Positions 49,398-58,965 of a stretch of DNA of 64,000 nt are shown here, one piece after another. How positions within the stretch are numbered: the first letter of the stretch is position 1; the number at the start of each line of letters is the position of its first letter. The stretch comes from an uncultured Dehalococcoidia bacterium (GTDB lineage: Bacteria > Chloroflexota > Dehalococcoidia > UBA6926). Made by a program: the position numbers and the translations under genes. A model generated the notes under the pieces. It was not told the DNA's origin and did no database searches. It saw nothing but the letters and a program-made list of their open reading frames with translations. The stretch lies in NCBI GenBank assembly GCA_964405845.1, contig CAYOPL010000012.1, forward strand, positions 8,884 to 72,883, given 5' to 3'.

Positions 49398-50683
49398 TGC
49401 TGTATGCCTCCTGTATTGACCTCTTCCGTCTCCGGTCGTTGTGCCGCTGGCCAAATGGTGTCCAGTTCAGAGTACTGCGGATAACGTCCGGCGAGCAGCG
49501 GCATATGGTCGGGTGTCAGCAGAACGGGCGGTAGACCGTCCAACCCACCCCGCGCCCGGCTGATCACGATGTCGTCCACGCCAAAAGGTTCGCCGTCCCC
49601 CGTGCCCGTGCTGTGAATGAGGACCCCGAACCCACCGAACCCGCTCGGCTTGGTGAGTTCAAGGATTGCCATGCGGTTGGCCATGACGTCCTGCGGTGGC
49701 AGATCAAGCTCGCGCAGCGCATCGATAAACGCCTGCGAACCGAGCTTCTTGAGATATCTCTGCTGTGTCAGCAGACCTTCCGTCCGCAGTCCCGCCTCCT
49801 CTCCGGCCCATGCCAGCGACGTGAAATCCACGTGCGCCGTGATGTCCTGCCTGCCCAGCCGGATATAAGGGTTGGTGGAGGACGTGTGATGGTGATAGCA
49901 GAGCAGGGTGCCCTCCCGCCGCGAACCGTCGTACAGCGTGTTGGCAGGATAGCCGTAATCGATGGTGAAAACGAATCCCCGTTGCAGCCGGGATGCGCTT
50001 TCCGTGAGATGCGCCGTGCCGCCAAGGTCGATTTCCGCCTTGCTGCCATTCGGCAGCGTCACGTCCAACTGCCTTAGCCGCTCCACCAAGGCCGGCGTCG
50101 ACGGCTCCGCGACCGTCTCAATGAATCCCCCGTCCGTCGCGTCCACCAGCAGCTCGTAGAGAGTTCGGCCCTGTTGAATTACACGATGGCGCGGCATGGC
50201 GTCATACAACTCGTTGGAGATGATCGCACCTGCTTTAATCTCATCAGGGTGCGCGTCAACATCCCAGTTGATGACAGGCTCCGTGCCACCGTCCTGTGGC
50301 GGTGTCACACGGCCGTTCCGCCCAAACTCTACGATTCGGTAATCGATAGACTTGCTGAAATCCGGAGCCAAATGCCGTACGTAGTTAAAAATATCCTCGG
50401 CGAGACGTCCCTTGCCGCCGCCCTCTTCAACAACGATGAACGACTCCGGCTTGCCCAGCAGTTCCCAGCACCGCTCCAGCTGTAAGGCAAGCAACGCCCC
50501 AAACGCCGGGTGGGTGGCAGGCGCAGTATAGAAATCACCGCTCGGGCCGATGCGCTCGTCTAGGCTGCTGTAATAGCCGTCATCCGGGTCATAGAGAACG
50601 ACGCGCATGAAATCGGCGAAGGGGATGGGACCCCTTCGCCGTATTTCGTCTCGTAGCCGGGCCTCCAGCGTTTGCCGGGCCAT
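49394..50683 (-). CDS. SAM-dependent methyltransferase, MidA/NDUFAF7 family
   Basis: GPIPFADFM..LY.P..GYY, GDFYTAP, EEGGGKG, SNELYDAMP, IDYG, QDITAHVDF. Confidence 0.9.
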   Translation of the reverse strand: MARQTLEARLRDEIRRRGPIPFADFMRVVLYDPDDGYYSSLDERIGPSGDFYTAPATHPAFGALLALQLERCWELLGKPESFIVVEEGGGKGRLAEDIFNYVRHLAPDFSKSIDYRIVEFGRNGRVTPPQDGGTEPVINWDVDAHPDEIKAGAIISNELYDAMPRHRVIQQGRTLYELLVDATDGGFIETVAEPSTPALVERLRQLDVTLPNGSKAEIDLGGTAHLTESASRLQRGFVFTIDYGYPANTLYDGSRREGTLLCYHHHTSSTNPYIRLGRQDITAHVDFTSLAWAGEEAGLRTEGLLTQQRYLKKLGSQAFIDALRELDLPPQDVMANRMAILELTKPSGFGGFGVLIHSTGTGDGEPFGVDDIVISRARGGLDGLPPVLLTPDHMPLLAGRYPQYSELDTIWPAAQRPETEEVNTGGIQQ

Positions 50684-50703
50684 GGGCGTATGTGTTTCCG
50701 TGT

Positions 50704-51573
50704 CTACTGGATTGCGAACGACTCAATCATCTGGTCGACATCCCGTGAGCGCAGGCGGGAATTCAGGTTGCTGTAACGCTCGTCCAGAGGCTCGGAATTG
50801 TCCGCTGCATACAGAACACCGAGCGGAATACCCGGATCCTGCGCAACCCGTAGCGCCTCCCTGAAGTCCGTCGGGTCATGGCTCTCCGGGAGGTCGTAGG
50901 TCAGCGGATCGATTCCCTTCTTGGCGTTGCCTCGGAGGACATCGTAGTTGTCGTTATAGGTAGTGCAGGGGGACTGCACGTGGACGATTGAGAAGCCGGG
51001 ATAGTCCATGCCTTCTCGAATCATCTGCGCCATCTCGCGCGGCTTGCTGGAGAACGCCGATGCAACAAACGACGCGCCCAGTGACAGGTAGTACTGGAAC
51101 GGCTTGACCTCGCCCTCGATCTTGCCGCCGGGCGTGGTGCTGGTAACGACGCCGAACTGCGTGGTGGGAGAGCTCTGTCCCTTTGTCAGGCCGTACACGC
51201 CGTTGTCCATGATCACGCAGGTTACGTTCAGGTTGCGCTGTGCGGCGGGGCCGATGTGCTCCGCGCCGATGCTCAGGAAATCGCCGTCACCGGCGACGAC
51301 CATGACCTCAAGGCTCGGGTTGCCGCTCTTGATGCCGAACGCGACGGGCAGGGTGCGCCCGTGGATGCCGTGGAAACCGAACGGCTGTGGGCCGTCCGTC
51401 AGGTGAACCAGGTTGCCCGAGCAACCGATTCCCGCGACGATCACGTTGTTCTCGAACGGGATGTCCATTTCGGTCGTGCGAGCTGCGATCGTCAACTCAA
51501 TGGCGCGCTTGACGCCGAAGTCGCCGCAGCCGGGGCACCACTTGAAATCGTACTCGGGGTTCCGCTTCGTCAT
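50704..51573 (-). CDS. korB: 2-oxoacid:ferredoxin oxidoreductase beta subunit
   Basis: WCPGCGD, GIGCSG, HGR, GDGD..SIG, DNGVYGLTKGQ.SPT, SPCTTY. Confidence 0.9.
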   Translation of the reverse strand: MTKRNPEYDFKWCPGCGDFGVKRAIELTIAARTTEMDIPFENNVIVAGIGCSGNLVHLTDGPQPFGFHGIHGRTLPVAFGIKSGNPSLEVMVVAGDGDFLSIGAEHIGPAAQRNLNVTCVIMDNGVYGLTKGQSSPTTQFGVVTSTTPGGKIEGEVKPFQYYLSLGASFVASAFSSKPREMAQMIREGMDYPGFSIVHVQSPCTTYNDNYDVLRGNAKKGIDPLTYDLPESHDPTDFREALRVAQDPGIPLGVLYAADNSEPLDERYSNLNSRLRSRDVDQMIESFAIQ

Positions 51574-51616
51574 GGTCTGCTACCTCTTTCTTTCGACTCT
51601 GCCCGTGCTTTGGGCG

Positions 51617-53347
51617 CTAGACTCCGACCTTGCTGCCCGCCATGGCCTCAACCTCGGCGGTAATTCTCTCAACCAGATCTGCCACCTTGAACGGCAGGCC
51701 TGTGTACTGGGTAAGTGACTTCGCGTTGACGCCGTGCTGGCGCAGGATAGAGGACAACTGCCCAAGGTAGTTGAGCTCCGGCACTAGGACCAGCTTCTTG
51801 GATCGCAGCTCATCGAGCAGCTCGGGATTGAGCGGCGAGATGAACATGGTGTAGTACCAGCCCACTGGCACACCGTTCTCCATCATCTGCTCATATGCCT
51901 CATGTGCCGGTCCCTTTGACCCGCCCCACGGCATGATGACCACGTCGTTGTCCGTGTTTCGGGTCTCGTACGGCGTGTCCTCAAGCAGCTTCAACTTGCC
52001 GAATCGCCGCTCTGTGCCGCGGACGTGATGAATCGGCAGGTGCGTTGTATCGCCAATCGTATCGTGCTCGCTGGCGTTGGCGACATAGGCGCCCGGCCCA
52101 CCCGGAAGCGGCATGGGGGTAACGGTATCGCCCTCATAGCGCTTGTACCCGTTCGTGCCTGTGTAGACCTGCCGCGCCTCCACCTCAACTAGGGAAGGAT
52201 CAGGCTTGCGGATGTTCTGCACCCGCTCGGAGAGCATGTGCTCGGAGAGCACGATGACGGGGCCTTGATAGCGCTCCGCCCAGTTGAGGGCGTGCATGGC
52301 TGCGTAGAAGCATTCCTCGATGGTGCCCGGTGCAATAACCGGCAGCTGCGAGTCGCCGTGCGCCGGATGCATCGCCATGTACAGGTCGGACTGCTCTGAC
52401 TTGGTGGGCAGTCCCGTGGCGGGCCCGCCGCGCTGAACGTCGATGACTACGCACGGAATCTCCATCATCCAAGCCATGCCCAATCCCTCGCTCATGAGCG
52501 AGAAACCGGGCCCTGCGGTGGATGTCATGGCCTTCTTGCCAACGAATCCCGCGCCGACGATTGTGCTAATCGACTCGATCTCGGAGCTTGCCTGGTAGAC
52601 AAACGTCCCCTCGCCGCGGAGGTTCTGCTCCATGAACACGAGGATGGACGTAGCTGGTGAGATCGGGTAACCGACAAAGAAGTTCAGGCCAGCGGCCAGA
52701 GCGCCGAGGCCAAAGCTCTCGTTGCCCTTGATGATGATTTGCTCGTAGTCGGGCGGATCGGGAGCGGCCAACTCGCCGAGCGAGAATCCGCTGGCTTTCG
52801 CCGCGTCGCGCCCAAGCCCGAGGCCCATGCTATTCGCCGCGACAACCTCGGCGTCGTTCGGGCGGCCTCGTGTAAAGCGCTTGACGTTGAAATCCTCAAG
52901 ATACTGTTCAGGCCACTGAACGAACTGAGCAACTGCGCCAAGGATGACCATGTTGGCGGCGCGCGGGTTACCGGTGGACTTTCCAAGCTCCTCGTAGGGC
53001 AGGGCCACGATGTTCATCGACCCCTTGTCTTCCTCCGGCACCTCAAACACTGCGGAGTCATAAACAAGGATGCCGCCCTCGCGAAGTTCTTCCTTGTGAA
53101 CCTCGTAGGCCTCCTCGTTGAATGCAACGAGCACGTCAAGCGTGTCGCCGTTGCTAAGCGCCGGTGTCACGGAGATGCGACACTGGCTCCACGTGGGTCC
53201 GCCCATGATCTGGGACGGGAACGTAACGAACGTCATCACGTGGTATCCCACTTGCGCGGCTGCTGCGGCGAGGGCTTCGGATGCTGTCACCATGCCCTGT
53301 CCGCCTTCGCCCGCGAAGCGGATTACAAAGTCTCGTGTGGCTGCCAC
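51617..53347 (-). CDS. korA: 2-oxoacid:acceptor oxidoreductase alpha subunit (gamma-alpha fusion)
   Basis: AGEGGQG, GYPISPAT, TAGPGFSLMSE, QRGGPATGLPTKSEQSD, PELNYLGQL. Confidence 0.9.
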   Translation of the reverse strand: MAATRDFVIRFAGEGGQGMVTASEALAAAAAQVGYHVMTFVTFPSQIMGGPTWSQCRISVTPALSNGDTLDVLVAFNEEAYEVHKEELREGGILVYDSAVFEVPEEDKGSMNIVALPYEELGKSTGNPRAANMVILGAVAQFVQWPEQYLEDFNVKRFTRGRPNDAEVVAANSMGLGLGRDAAKASGFSLGELAAPDPPDYEQIIIKGNESFGLGALAAGLNFFVGYPISPATSILVFMEQNLRGEGTFVYQASSEIESISTIVGAGFVGKKAMTSTAGPGFSLMSEGLGMAWMMEIPCVVIDVQRGGPATGLPTKSEQSDLYMAMHPAHGDSQLPVIAPGTIEECFYAAMHALNWAERYQGPVIVLSEHMLSERVQNIRKPDPSLVEVEARQVYTGTNGYKRYEGDTVTPMPLPGGPGAYVANASEHDTIGDTTHLPIHHVRGTERRFGKLKLLEDTPYETRNTDNDVVIMPWGGSKGPAHEAYEQMMENGVPVGWYYTMFISPLNPELLDELRSKKLVLVPELNYLGQLSSILRQHGVNAKSLTQYTGLPFKVADLVERITAEVEAMAGSKVGV

Positions 53348-53573
53348 TAAATTCCCCCTTGCGACTTCATTTCTCGGCAGGCCAGCAGTGCATGGCGATT
53401 GCTTGAAAGGCTGTGGTTTCAGAGCCCCCGCAAAACGTCCGCCATAAACCTGCCCCGTGCATTATGACGCAACGCATTTGAGTATAACAAAGGTTTGAGT
53501 AGAACGGGATAGAGCAAGGCAAGATTATGGAACGTTCAGAGAGGATTTTATAAGGGTTGGAGAGCACGTCGAC

Positions 53574-53582
53574 TGTTATAAT
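53574..53582 (+). promoter_or_regulatory. Extended -10 promoter element for the MBL hydrolase gene
   Basis: TGTTATAAT about 55 nt upstream of the ATG at 53638. Confidence 0.5.
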
Positions 53583-53637
53583 CGGCGGCAACATGGCATA
53601 AGATGCGCGGAGACGCGTAATAAGAGGTACTTGCGTA

Positions 53638-54789
53638 ATGTCAGAATCCGTCAACGAAGTAGCCCCCGGTATCTTCCAGATGCGCATCCCGATGCCGGAG
53701 AACCCACTCGGCTACACTCTCCCATATCTCGTCACCGGCCCGGACAAACCCATCCTCATTGACACAGGCCTCCGCTCCGAGGAGGGCATCGAGGCTTTGG
53801 AAGATCAACTAGTAGGGCAGCTGGGAGTCAAACCCGGGCAGATCGATTTCATCCTCATCACCCACAACCACCCGGACCACTATGGCCTTGCCATCGACGC
53901 CAAGAAGCTCACCGGCGGACGCACGGCCATGCACCGCATCGACTGGGAACAGAGCCCGTTCCGTGAGGCGATGGAGGCGATTATGCGTAATCCCAAGGCG
54001 GCCAGAAGTGATGGCAGCGATCGGATGAAAGACTGGTATCGCCGCCACGGGGTGCCGGAAGAAGAACTGCAGGGCGAACTGTTTGGTGGGAGGCGCGGCC
54101 GTCGCGCGATTCAAGAGGAAGAGCGTCGCCAGGAAGAGCACCCGGAAGGCATCCCGTCTCACGGCGACTCTGCGGAACGTGGTGCAGGAGAAGAGCGCGA
54201 AGCCCGGCAGTGGGCGCTGTTCCGCGAGTTTGAGCCACCTGATCTGCTGCTGGACGGTTCGGAAATCTACAAGACCGGCAATCACAACCTGCGCGCATTC
54301 TGGACGCCCGGCCACACCCCCGGTCATCTCTGCTGGGTCGATGAGGAAGCCCGACTCGTCTTTACCGGTGACCACATCCTCCCCATCATCACGTCCAACG
54401 TCTCAGTGCGGATGACCTCGGATGGCGACCCCTTGGGTGACTACCTTGATTCCGTGGCAAAAGTCGGCGAACTGGACGTCGATCTCGTTCTGCCCGCGCA
54501 CGAACATCACTTCACTGATCTCAAAGGCCGTGTGGCGGAACTGCACAAACACCACGATGCCCGTCTGGATGCTGTTCTGAAAGCCGCGGACGGCTCGCCG
54601 CGCACAGCCTACGAGGTCGCGTCAGGTGTTCCGTGGGATGTCGGTGGCTGGGACGAGATGGACGAATTCCTGCGCCGGGCCGCCGTTGGAGAAACCCTTT
54701 CGCACTTGGAGCACCTGAGCCGCAAGGGGACGATACGCCGCATCCGGGAAGAGGGGTCGCCTCTCGTCAGGTGGCAGACAGTGCAGTAA
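53638..54789 (+). CDS. MBL-fold metallo-hydrolase with C-terminal winged helix
   Basis: IDTG, THNHPDHYG, TPGHTPGH, TGDH, PAHE, GETLSHLEHL. Confidence 0.9.
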   Translation: MSESVNEVAPGIFQMRIPMPENPLGYTLPYLVTGPDKPILIDTGLRSEEGIEALEDQLVGQLGVKPGQIDFILITHNHPDHYGLAIDAKKLTGGRTAMHRIDWEQSPFREAMEAIMRNPKAARSDGSDRMKDWYRRHGVPEEELQGELFGGRRGRRAIQEEERRQEEHPEGIPSHGDSAERGAGEEREARQWALFREFEPPDLLLDGSEIYKTGNHNLRAFWTPGHTPGHLCWVDEEARLVFTGDHILPIITSNVSVRMTSDGDPLGDYLDSVAKVGELDVDLVLPAHEHHFTDLKGRVAELHKHHDARLDAVLKAADGSPRTAYEVASGVPWDVGGWDEMDEFLRRAAVGETLSHLEHLSRKGTIRRIREEGSPLVRWQTVQ

Positions 54790-54835
54790 CCGGCAGAAAG
54801 AGTACAATCGAGAACAACGAGCGCGGGGAGAAGAT

Positions 54836-55684
54836 ATGGCGGACGTAGAAACTGCCGTACAGGCTCTCAAGGAAACAGCGTCGGCGCATGAAGGACGCAA
54901 TATCGTCGACCGCGCATTCGCTCGCCAAGTTGATACCCTGCTCAACGGTTTCTACGCGGATATTACTCAGCTGAAACGGATCGAACTCCAGAGCCTGTTC
55001 GATCTGTTCCTCCTTAAGTCGCTCTATATAGACCGCCACAGTACCAGCATCGCCACGCTTGACTATCTTGGGAGCTTGCTCGCGCGTCATGTGCGCATGA
55101 GGGAGATTTTTCCGATTCCGGACATCGCCGCCCACTTCGGCAATCTGCTGGAAAGCCTCATGGAGGAGGCGGAGCATGGCGCGGCTCGGGAGGCCCAGAA
55201 CCTCTTTGAGGCCAACCGCAACATCGCGGACAGCACGCTATTTCTTATAGGGATCTTTCCCGCCAGCCTGACCGGCCGCCGCAGCAGGTGGCGCCGTCGC
55301 CGTAGCCCCGCAATGCAGGCAATACCACGGCTAGATATCAGCTACTACACGCGGCTGGGACGGAGTCACTACGCGCTCGCCTCCGAGCATGAGCTGGCGC
55401 GATGGACGGGTCTGGACAGCGTGCTCAGTCGTCTATCCAACAACTTCGACATCTACGCGGAAGTTCTTGCAGAGGTCGCGCAAACATTCATCCACGGTGT
55501 CGATGTCCAGCGCGTGACGAACCTCATGCTGGACAGCTACAACGCTTGGCGGCGGACGGGCGACCCGCAGAGGATGGAAGAACTGCGCAAGTACGCGGCT
55601 TTGCTCGCCCTGGATCCGCGGCGGGCATTCTCACGGCTACGCCGCCGTCAGCGTTACGTTCTGCTGGACCCGGCCGGCCAATAA
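54836..55684 (+). CDS. Conserved-looking hypothetical all-helical protein
   Basis: 282-aa ORF with RBS; motif-like ADSTLFLIGIFP...SYY..LGRSHY. Confidence 0.65.
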   Translation: MADVETAVQALKETASAHEGRNIVDRAFARQVDTLLNGFYADITQLKRIELQSLFDLFLLKSLYIDRHSTSIATLDYLGSLLARHVRMREIFPIPDIAAHFGNLLESLMEEAEHGAAREAQNLFEANRNIADSTLFLIGIFPASLTGRRSRWRRRRSPAMQAIPRLDISYYTRLGRSHYALASEHELARWTGLDSVLSRLSNNFDIYAEVLAEVAQTFIHGVDVQRVTNLMLDSYNAWRRTGDPQRMEELRKYAALLALDPRRAFSRLRRRQRYVLLDPAGQ

Positions 55685-55700
55685 CTTCTCAGTGTTGCGG

Positions 55701-56201
55701 CTAAGGGAGCCTAAACTCACGGCGCAGCCGCTCTTCATTCTCCGGTGCCTCCGGCTTCGCCTCATCCGCCCACAAGCTACCGGCACTCTCGGCAATAACT
55801 AGAACGGGCAGGGGCCCGCCGGCGGGCCCCGCGATTAGTTCTCCTAACCGATTGAAAATGGAGGCGTCACGAGAACAGTAGAAACGGCCGGTTGGGGCCA
55901 ACTCATCCTCAGATCGCTCTTCTCGTCGCCACTCGACAAGCGCCCTGTCATTTGGACAGCGGGAACGCAGTGCGAGAATGCCGGTTGTCGTACGGACGGC
56001 GTGAATATCGGCACGGCGAGGGGATACGACAACCTCGCCAACTGCCAAATCACGCAGGCGTGCGATAGTGCCAAGCAGGACGAGATTGTCACTGGTCGCG
56101 GCGCGTGACGGCTCAGTTGACGCGGCTGGATCGTCCCGCCGCCATGACATGGTGAGGAAGGCACGGCGGCTCAATTCGTTCTCGTTGTCGCCAGTCATCA
56201 C
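55701..56201 (-). CDS. Degenerate Rieske-fold protein
   Basis: ALRSRCP...FYCSRDASIFNRLGELIAGPA..PL matches the Rieske layout, but both His ligands are missing. Confidence 0.65.
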   Translation of the reverse strand: MMTGDNENELSRRAFLTMSWRRDDPAASTEPSRAATSDNLVLLGTIARLRDLAVGEVVVSPRRADIHAVRTTTGILALRSRCPNDRALVEWRREERSEDELAPTGRFYCSRDASIFNRLGELIAGPAGGPLPVLVIAESAGSLWADEAKPEAPENEERLRREFRLP

Positions 56202-56309
56202 GGTCTCACGTGTACAGTCGCCCCTGAATCTTTGGCCTTTCCTGCAACCGTTGTATCATGGTGAACGCAGTGTAAACGAGGATACTGACCTCATTGCACG
56301 GTAACTCGC

Positions 56310-56403
56310 GGAGGGATCGCATAGCCAGGTCTAGTGCGGCCGCCTGCTAAGCGGTTTGTCCTTTAATCGGGACACATGGGTTCGAATCCCATTCCCTCCG
56401 CCA
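56310..56403 (+). tRNA. tRNA-Ser(GCT)
   Basis: Acceptor GGAGGGA/TCCCTCC, anticodon arm GCCGC-CTGCTAA-GCGGT, long variable arm, TTCGAAT, encoded CCA. Confidence 0.95.
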
Positions 56404-56458
56404 TCGCATATAACCCGCCCGCACAGGGCAATCGAAACGGGGATGGAGAGGGACGGGA

Positions 56459-57796
56459 ATGGCAAGCTATCACCTGTGGACGGTCGGCTGTCAGATGAAT
56501 GTGGCCGACTCAGACCGTCTCGGTCTTTCCCTTGATCAGCTCGGTTACGAGCCCGTCCAGAGGGCAGAAGACGCCGACATCGTCGTCCTCAATAGCTGCG
56601 TCGTCAGGCAGGGAGCGGAAGACAAAGTCGTCGGCAGGCTGGATTCCCTCAAGTCCTACAAAAAGAACAACCCGGACGCGACTATCGCCCTGATGGGCTG
56701 CATGGTCGGCCCGCGAACCGACGCCCTCCGTGAGAGATTCCCCCACGTGGATTTCTTCCTGCGCCCGCAGGATTTCACGGCGCTCGTCGAGTTTGCTGCG
56801 GACCGCCAGGGCCTTTCCTGCGACACGGATCAGGCTTTCCTTGTCCCGTCGCGCCCCACGGTGAGCACCTTCGTGCCCATCATCCAGGGCTGTGATGAGT
56901 TCTGCACGTACTGCATCGTGCCGTACCGGCGTGGCCGGGAAACCAGTCGTCCTGTTGATGAACTGGTCAGAGAGGCTGAGATGCTGGCGGCGCGTGGCGC
57001 GAAAGAAATCACTCTCCTCGGCCAGATCGTCGACCGCTACGGCCATGATTTGCCGGAAAAGCCTGACCTCGCCGATCTGCTCCGCGCCATCCATCCCGTG
57101 GACGGGTTGGAGCGTATCCGATTCCTGACGTCCCACCCGCGCGACATGACACAGCGGATCCTCGATGCCGTCGCGGAACTCCCAAAGGCGTGTGAGCATC
57201 TCAACCTGCCGTTCCAGGCTGGCGCGGACGAGGTTCTGGAGCGAATGCGCCGTCCATACACCATCGCGCAATACATGGAACTTATTGAGCGCGCGCGGGA
57301 AACAATCCCGGGCGTTGCCATCAGCACGGACGTAATCGTTGGTTTCTGCGGCGAGACAGACGAAGAATTCCAACAGACGATGGACGTGTTGGAACGGGTG
57401 AAGTTCGACATCGTGCATGTCGCGCCGTACTCAACACGCCCCGGAACCATCGCGGATCGCAAACTCGTGGATGACGTTCCGCCAAAGGTCAAGATTGAAC
57501 GACGCAAGGCCGTTGAGGAGCTGCAGGAGCGAATCGCCACGGATCTGAACGCGCCGCTCGCAGGAACCCGGCAGGAGATTCTTGTCGAACGTCGAGTCAA
57601 GGACGCATGGACGGGACGGACGCGGACGAACAAAATCGTTCATGTGCAGGGTTCCGAAACCAACCTCGAGGGCCACGTCGTTGACGTAGACATCGTCCGC
57701 GCTGGCCCGTGGTCTCTGACGGCCGTCCTTCCTGACTCAGCCATAGCCGATACGATCGGCGCGCCATCGCGCGAAATTGAGTTGATGCCCGCTTAG
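56459..57796 (+). CDS. miaB: tRNA-2-methylthio-N6-dimethylallyladenosine synthase
   Basis: GCQMN, NSCVVR, GCM, radical SAM CDEFCTYC, SHP, TRAM domain. Confidence 0.93.
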   Translation: MASYHLWTVGCQMNVADSDRLGLSLDQLGYEPVQRAEDADIVVLNSCVVRQGAEDKVVGRLDSLKSYKKNNPDATIALMGCMVGPRTDALRERFPHVDFFLRPQDFTALVEFAADRQGLSCDTDQAFLVPSRPTVSTFVPIIQGCDEFCTYCIVPYRRGRETSRPVDELVREAEMLAARGAKEITLLGQIVDRYGHDLPEKPDLADLLRAIHPVDGLERIRFLTSHPRDMTQRILDAVAELPKACEHLNLPFQAGADEVLERMRRPYTIAQYMELIERARETIPGVAISTDVIVGFCGETDEEFQQTMDVLERVKFDIVHVAPYSTRPGTIADRKLVDDVPPKVKIERRKAVEELQERIATDLNAPLAGTRQEILVERRVKDAWTGRTRTNKIVHVQGSETNLEGHVVDVDIVRAGPWSLTAVLPDSAIADTIGAPSREIELMPA

Positions 57797-57817
57797 CGGC
57801 ATACGCAACCCGGACTC

Positions 57818-57850
57818 AAAGAAAGGGGCGGCCATTTGGCCGCCCCCTCT
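57818..57850. terminator. Hairpin terminator between convergent genes
   Basis: GGGGCGGCC-ATTT-GGCCGCCCC stem; A-rich left flank gives a U-tract on the minus strand. Confidence 0.75.
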
Positions 57851-57880
57851 GTTATCTGCGAAGTGGATCGCCTAGCGCGA

Positions 57881-58624
57881 CTACTTCATGCTCTCGACTT
57901 CGATGTCCTTGATGGTGATCTCGCCGACCACCATTGTGCCGGTGAACGTGAATTCCGGCCCGAACACGGCGTGGTTGAACGGAGCTGTTTCAGGATCAAA
58001 GAACGTCGTGAACTCGAACCTGTCGCCGGCGCCTCCGCCGCCCATGCCGCCGTCGACAGCCGTCACGCGATAGCTGGCGGGCTCAGGAGTCGTCCGGCTG
58101 CCATGAACCGCCTTGAACTCATCGGGCACCAGGGCATTCTCGGTGAGATCCACCTCCGTGAAGCAGTCCAACGTTCCCAGGAGAACAATTTGGGTTGAGC
58201 CATCGGCGTTGGTGGAGATTTCGTAACTCTCGACGTTATTGGATGCCATAGCCATGTAGAACGTGTGGGCCTCAATCGGAATCTCACCCAGCTCGTTCGT
58301 CGGCATCACGAAGTCCGTGAAGTTGGTGTCCACGCGGCACATTGCGTATTCCGTGCTGAACGAGAAACTCTCATCCATCACGTGCGTCACGCCCATGTCA
58401 AGCGTTGGCATCGACTTCTCATTGACGCCTCCGCCGAACGCGGTAATGGCCGCCAGTTCCTCAACCTGCCCCGAAAGCGTGCTCTTATCGATCTCGAGAG
58501 CCACCTTGTCGTCTTCCAGGTTGCTGATGGTTCCCTGCTGTGAGAAATACACCGCGCCGCCCGCGATGATCGCAAGCACTAATGCTGCAACCGCCGCAAT
58601 AGAAAGTGGAACATTATTGTTCAC
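57881..58624 (-). CDS. Hypothetical membrane-anchored extracytoplasmic protein
   Basis: GAGGAGG RBS before GTG at 58624; N-terminal TM, short coiled coil, acidic beta-rich domain with 2 Cys and several Met/His. Confidence 0.75.
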   Translation of the reverse strand: MNNNVPLSIAAVAALVLAIIAGGAVYFSQQGTISNLEDDKVALEIDKSTLSGQVEELAAITAFGGGVNEKSMPTLDMGVTHVMDESFSFSTEYAMCRVDTNFTDFVMPTNELGEIPIEAHTFYMAMASNNVESYEISTNADGSTQIVLLGTLDCFTEVDLTENALVPDEFKAVHGSRTTPEPASYRVTAVDGGMGGGGAGDRFEFTTFFDPETAPFNHAVFGPEFTFTGTMVVGEITIKDIEVESMK

Positions 58625-58715
58625 GTGAACCGTCCTCCTCGGGAAAAGCCCGCTTAATGTGTAACTGACATTGCCGTTTACTGTATCCCACAATGACAAA
58701 ACAGAAAAGCAAATC

Positions 58716-58741
58716 TATAAATACGCATATGCGTATTTATA
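58716..58741. promoter_or_regulatory. Perfect 26-bp palindrome, putative operator
   Basis: TATAAATACGCATATGCGTATTTATA equals its own reverse complement; AT-rich intergenic location. Confidence 0.7.
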
Positions 58742-58761
58742 ACTAGGGCTGTTTCGGTCGC

Positions 58762-58965
58762 CTAGAGATCTCGTATTGGATCAAGCATCCACGCCGCCCA
58801 CGCCCGGAGCTGCTCCTCGATGTCATTACCGCAGCGGGGACATTCGTAGTCGCCGTAGCGGATGCGGGTCTTGCACTCGGGGCAGGAGATTGTCGCGCTG
58901 CTCATTGCCTGCACCACGTGGCTGATCTGATCTTCGGTGGCACTCATTTGCTGAATTGGCATCAT
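58762..58965 (-). CDS. Small zinc-ribbon protein
   Basis: CPEC-x10-CPRC; exact start uncertain (58965 or 58947). Confidence 0.65.
   Translation of the reverse strand: MMPIQQMSATEDQISHVVQAMSSATISCPECKTRIRYGDYECPRCGNDIEEQLRAWAAWMLDPIRDL

Noticed and set aside
47488-57418. Antisense ORFs 47488-48648 and 56510-57418
   Set aside because: These are shadows of the FAD oxidoreductase and miaB.
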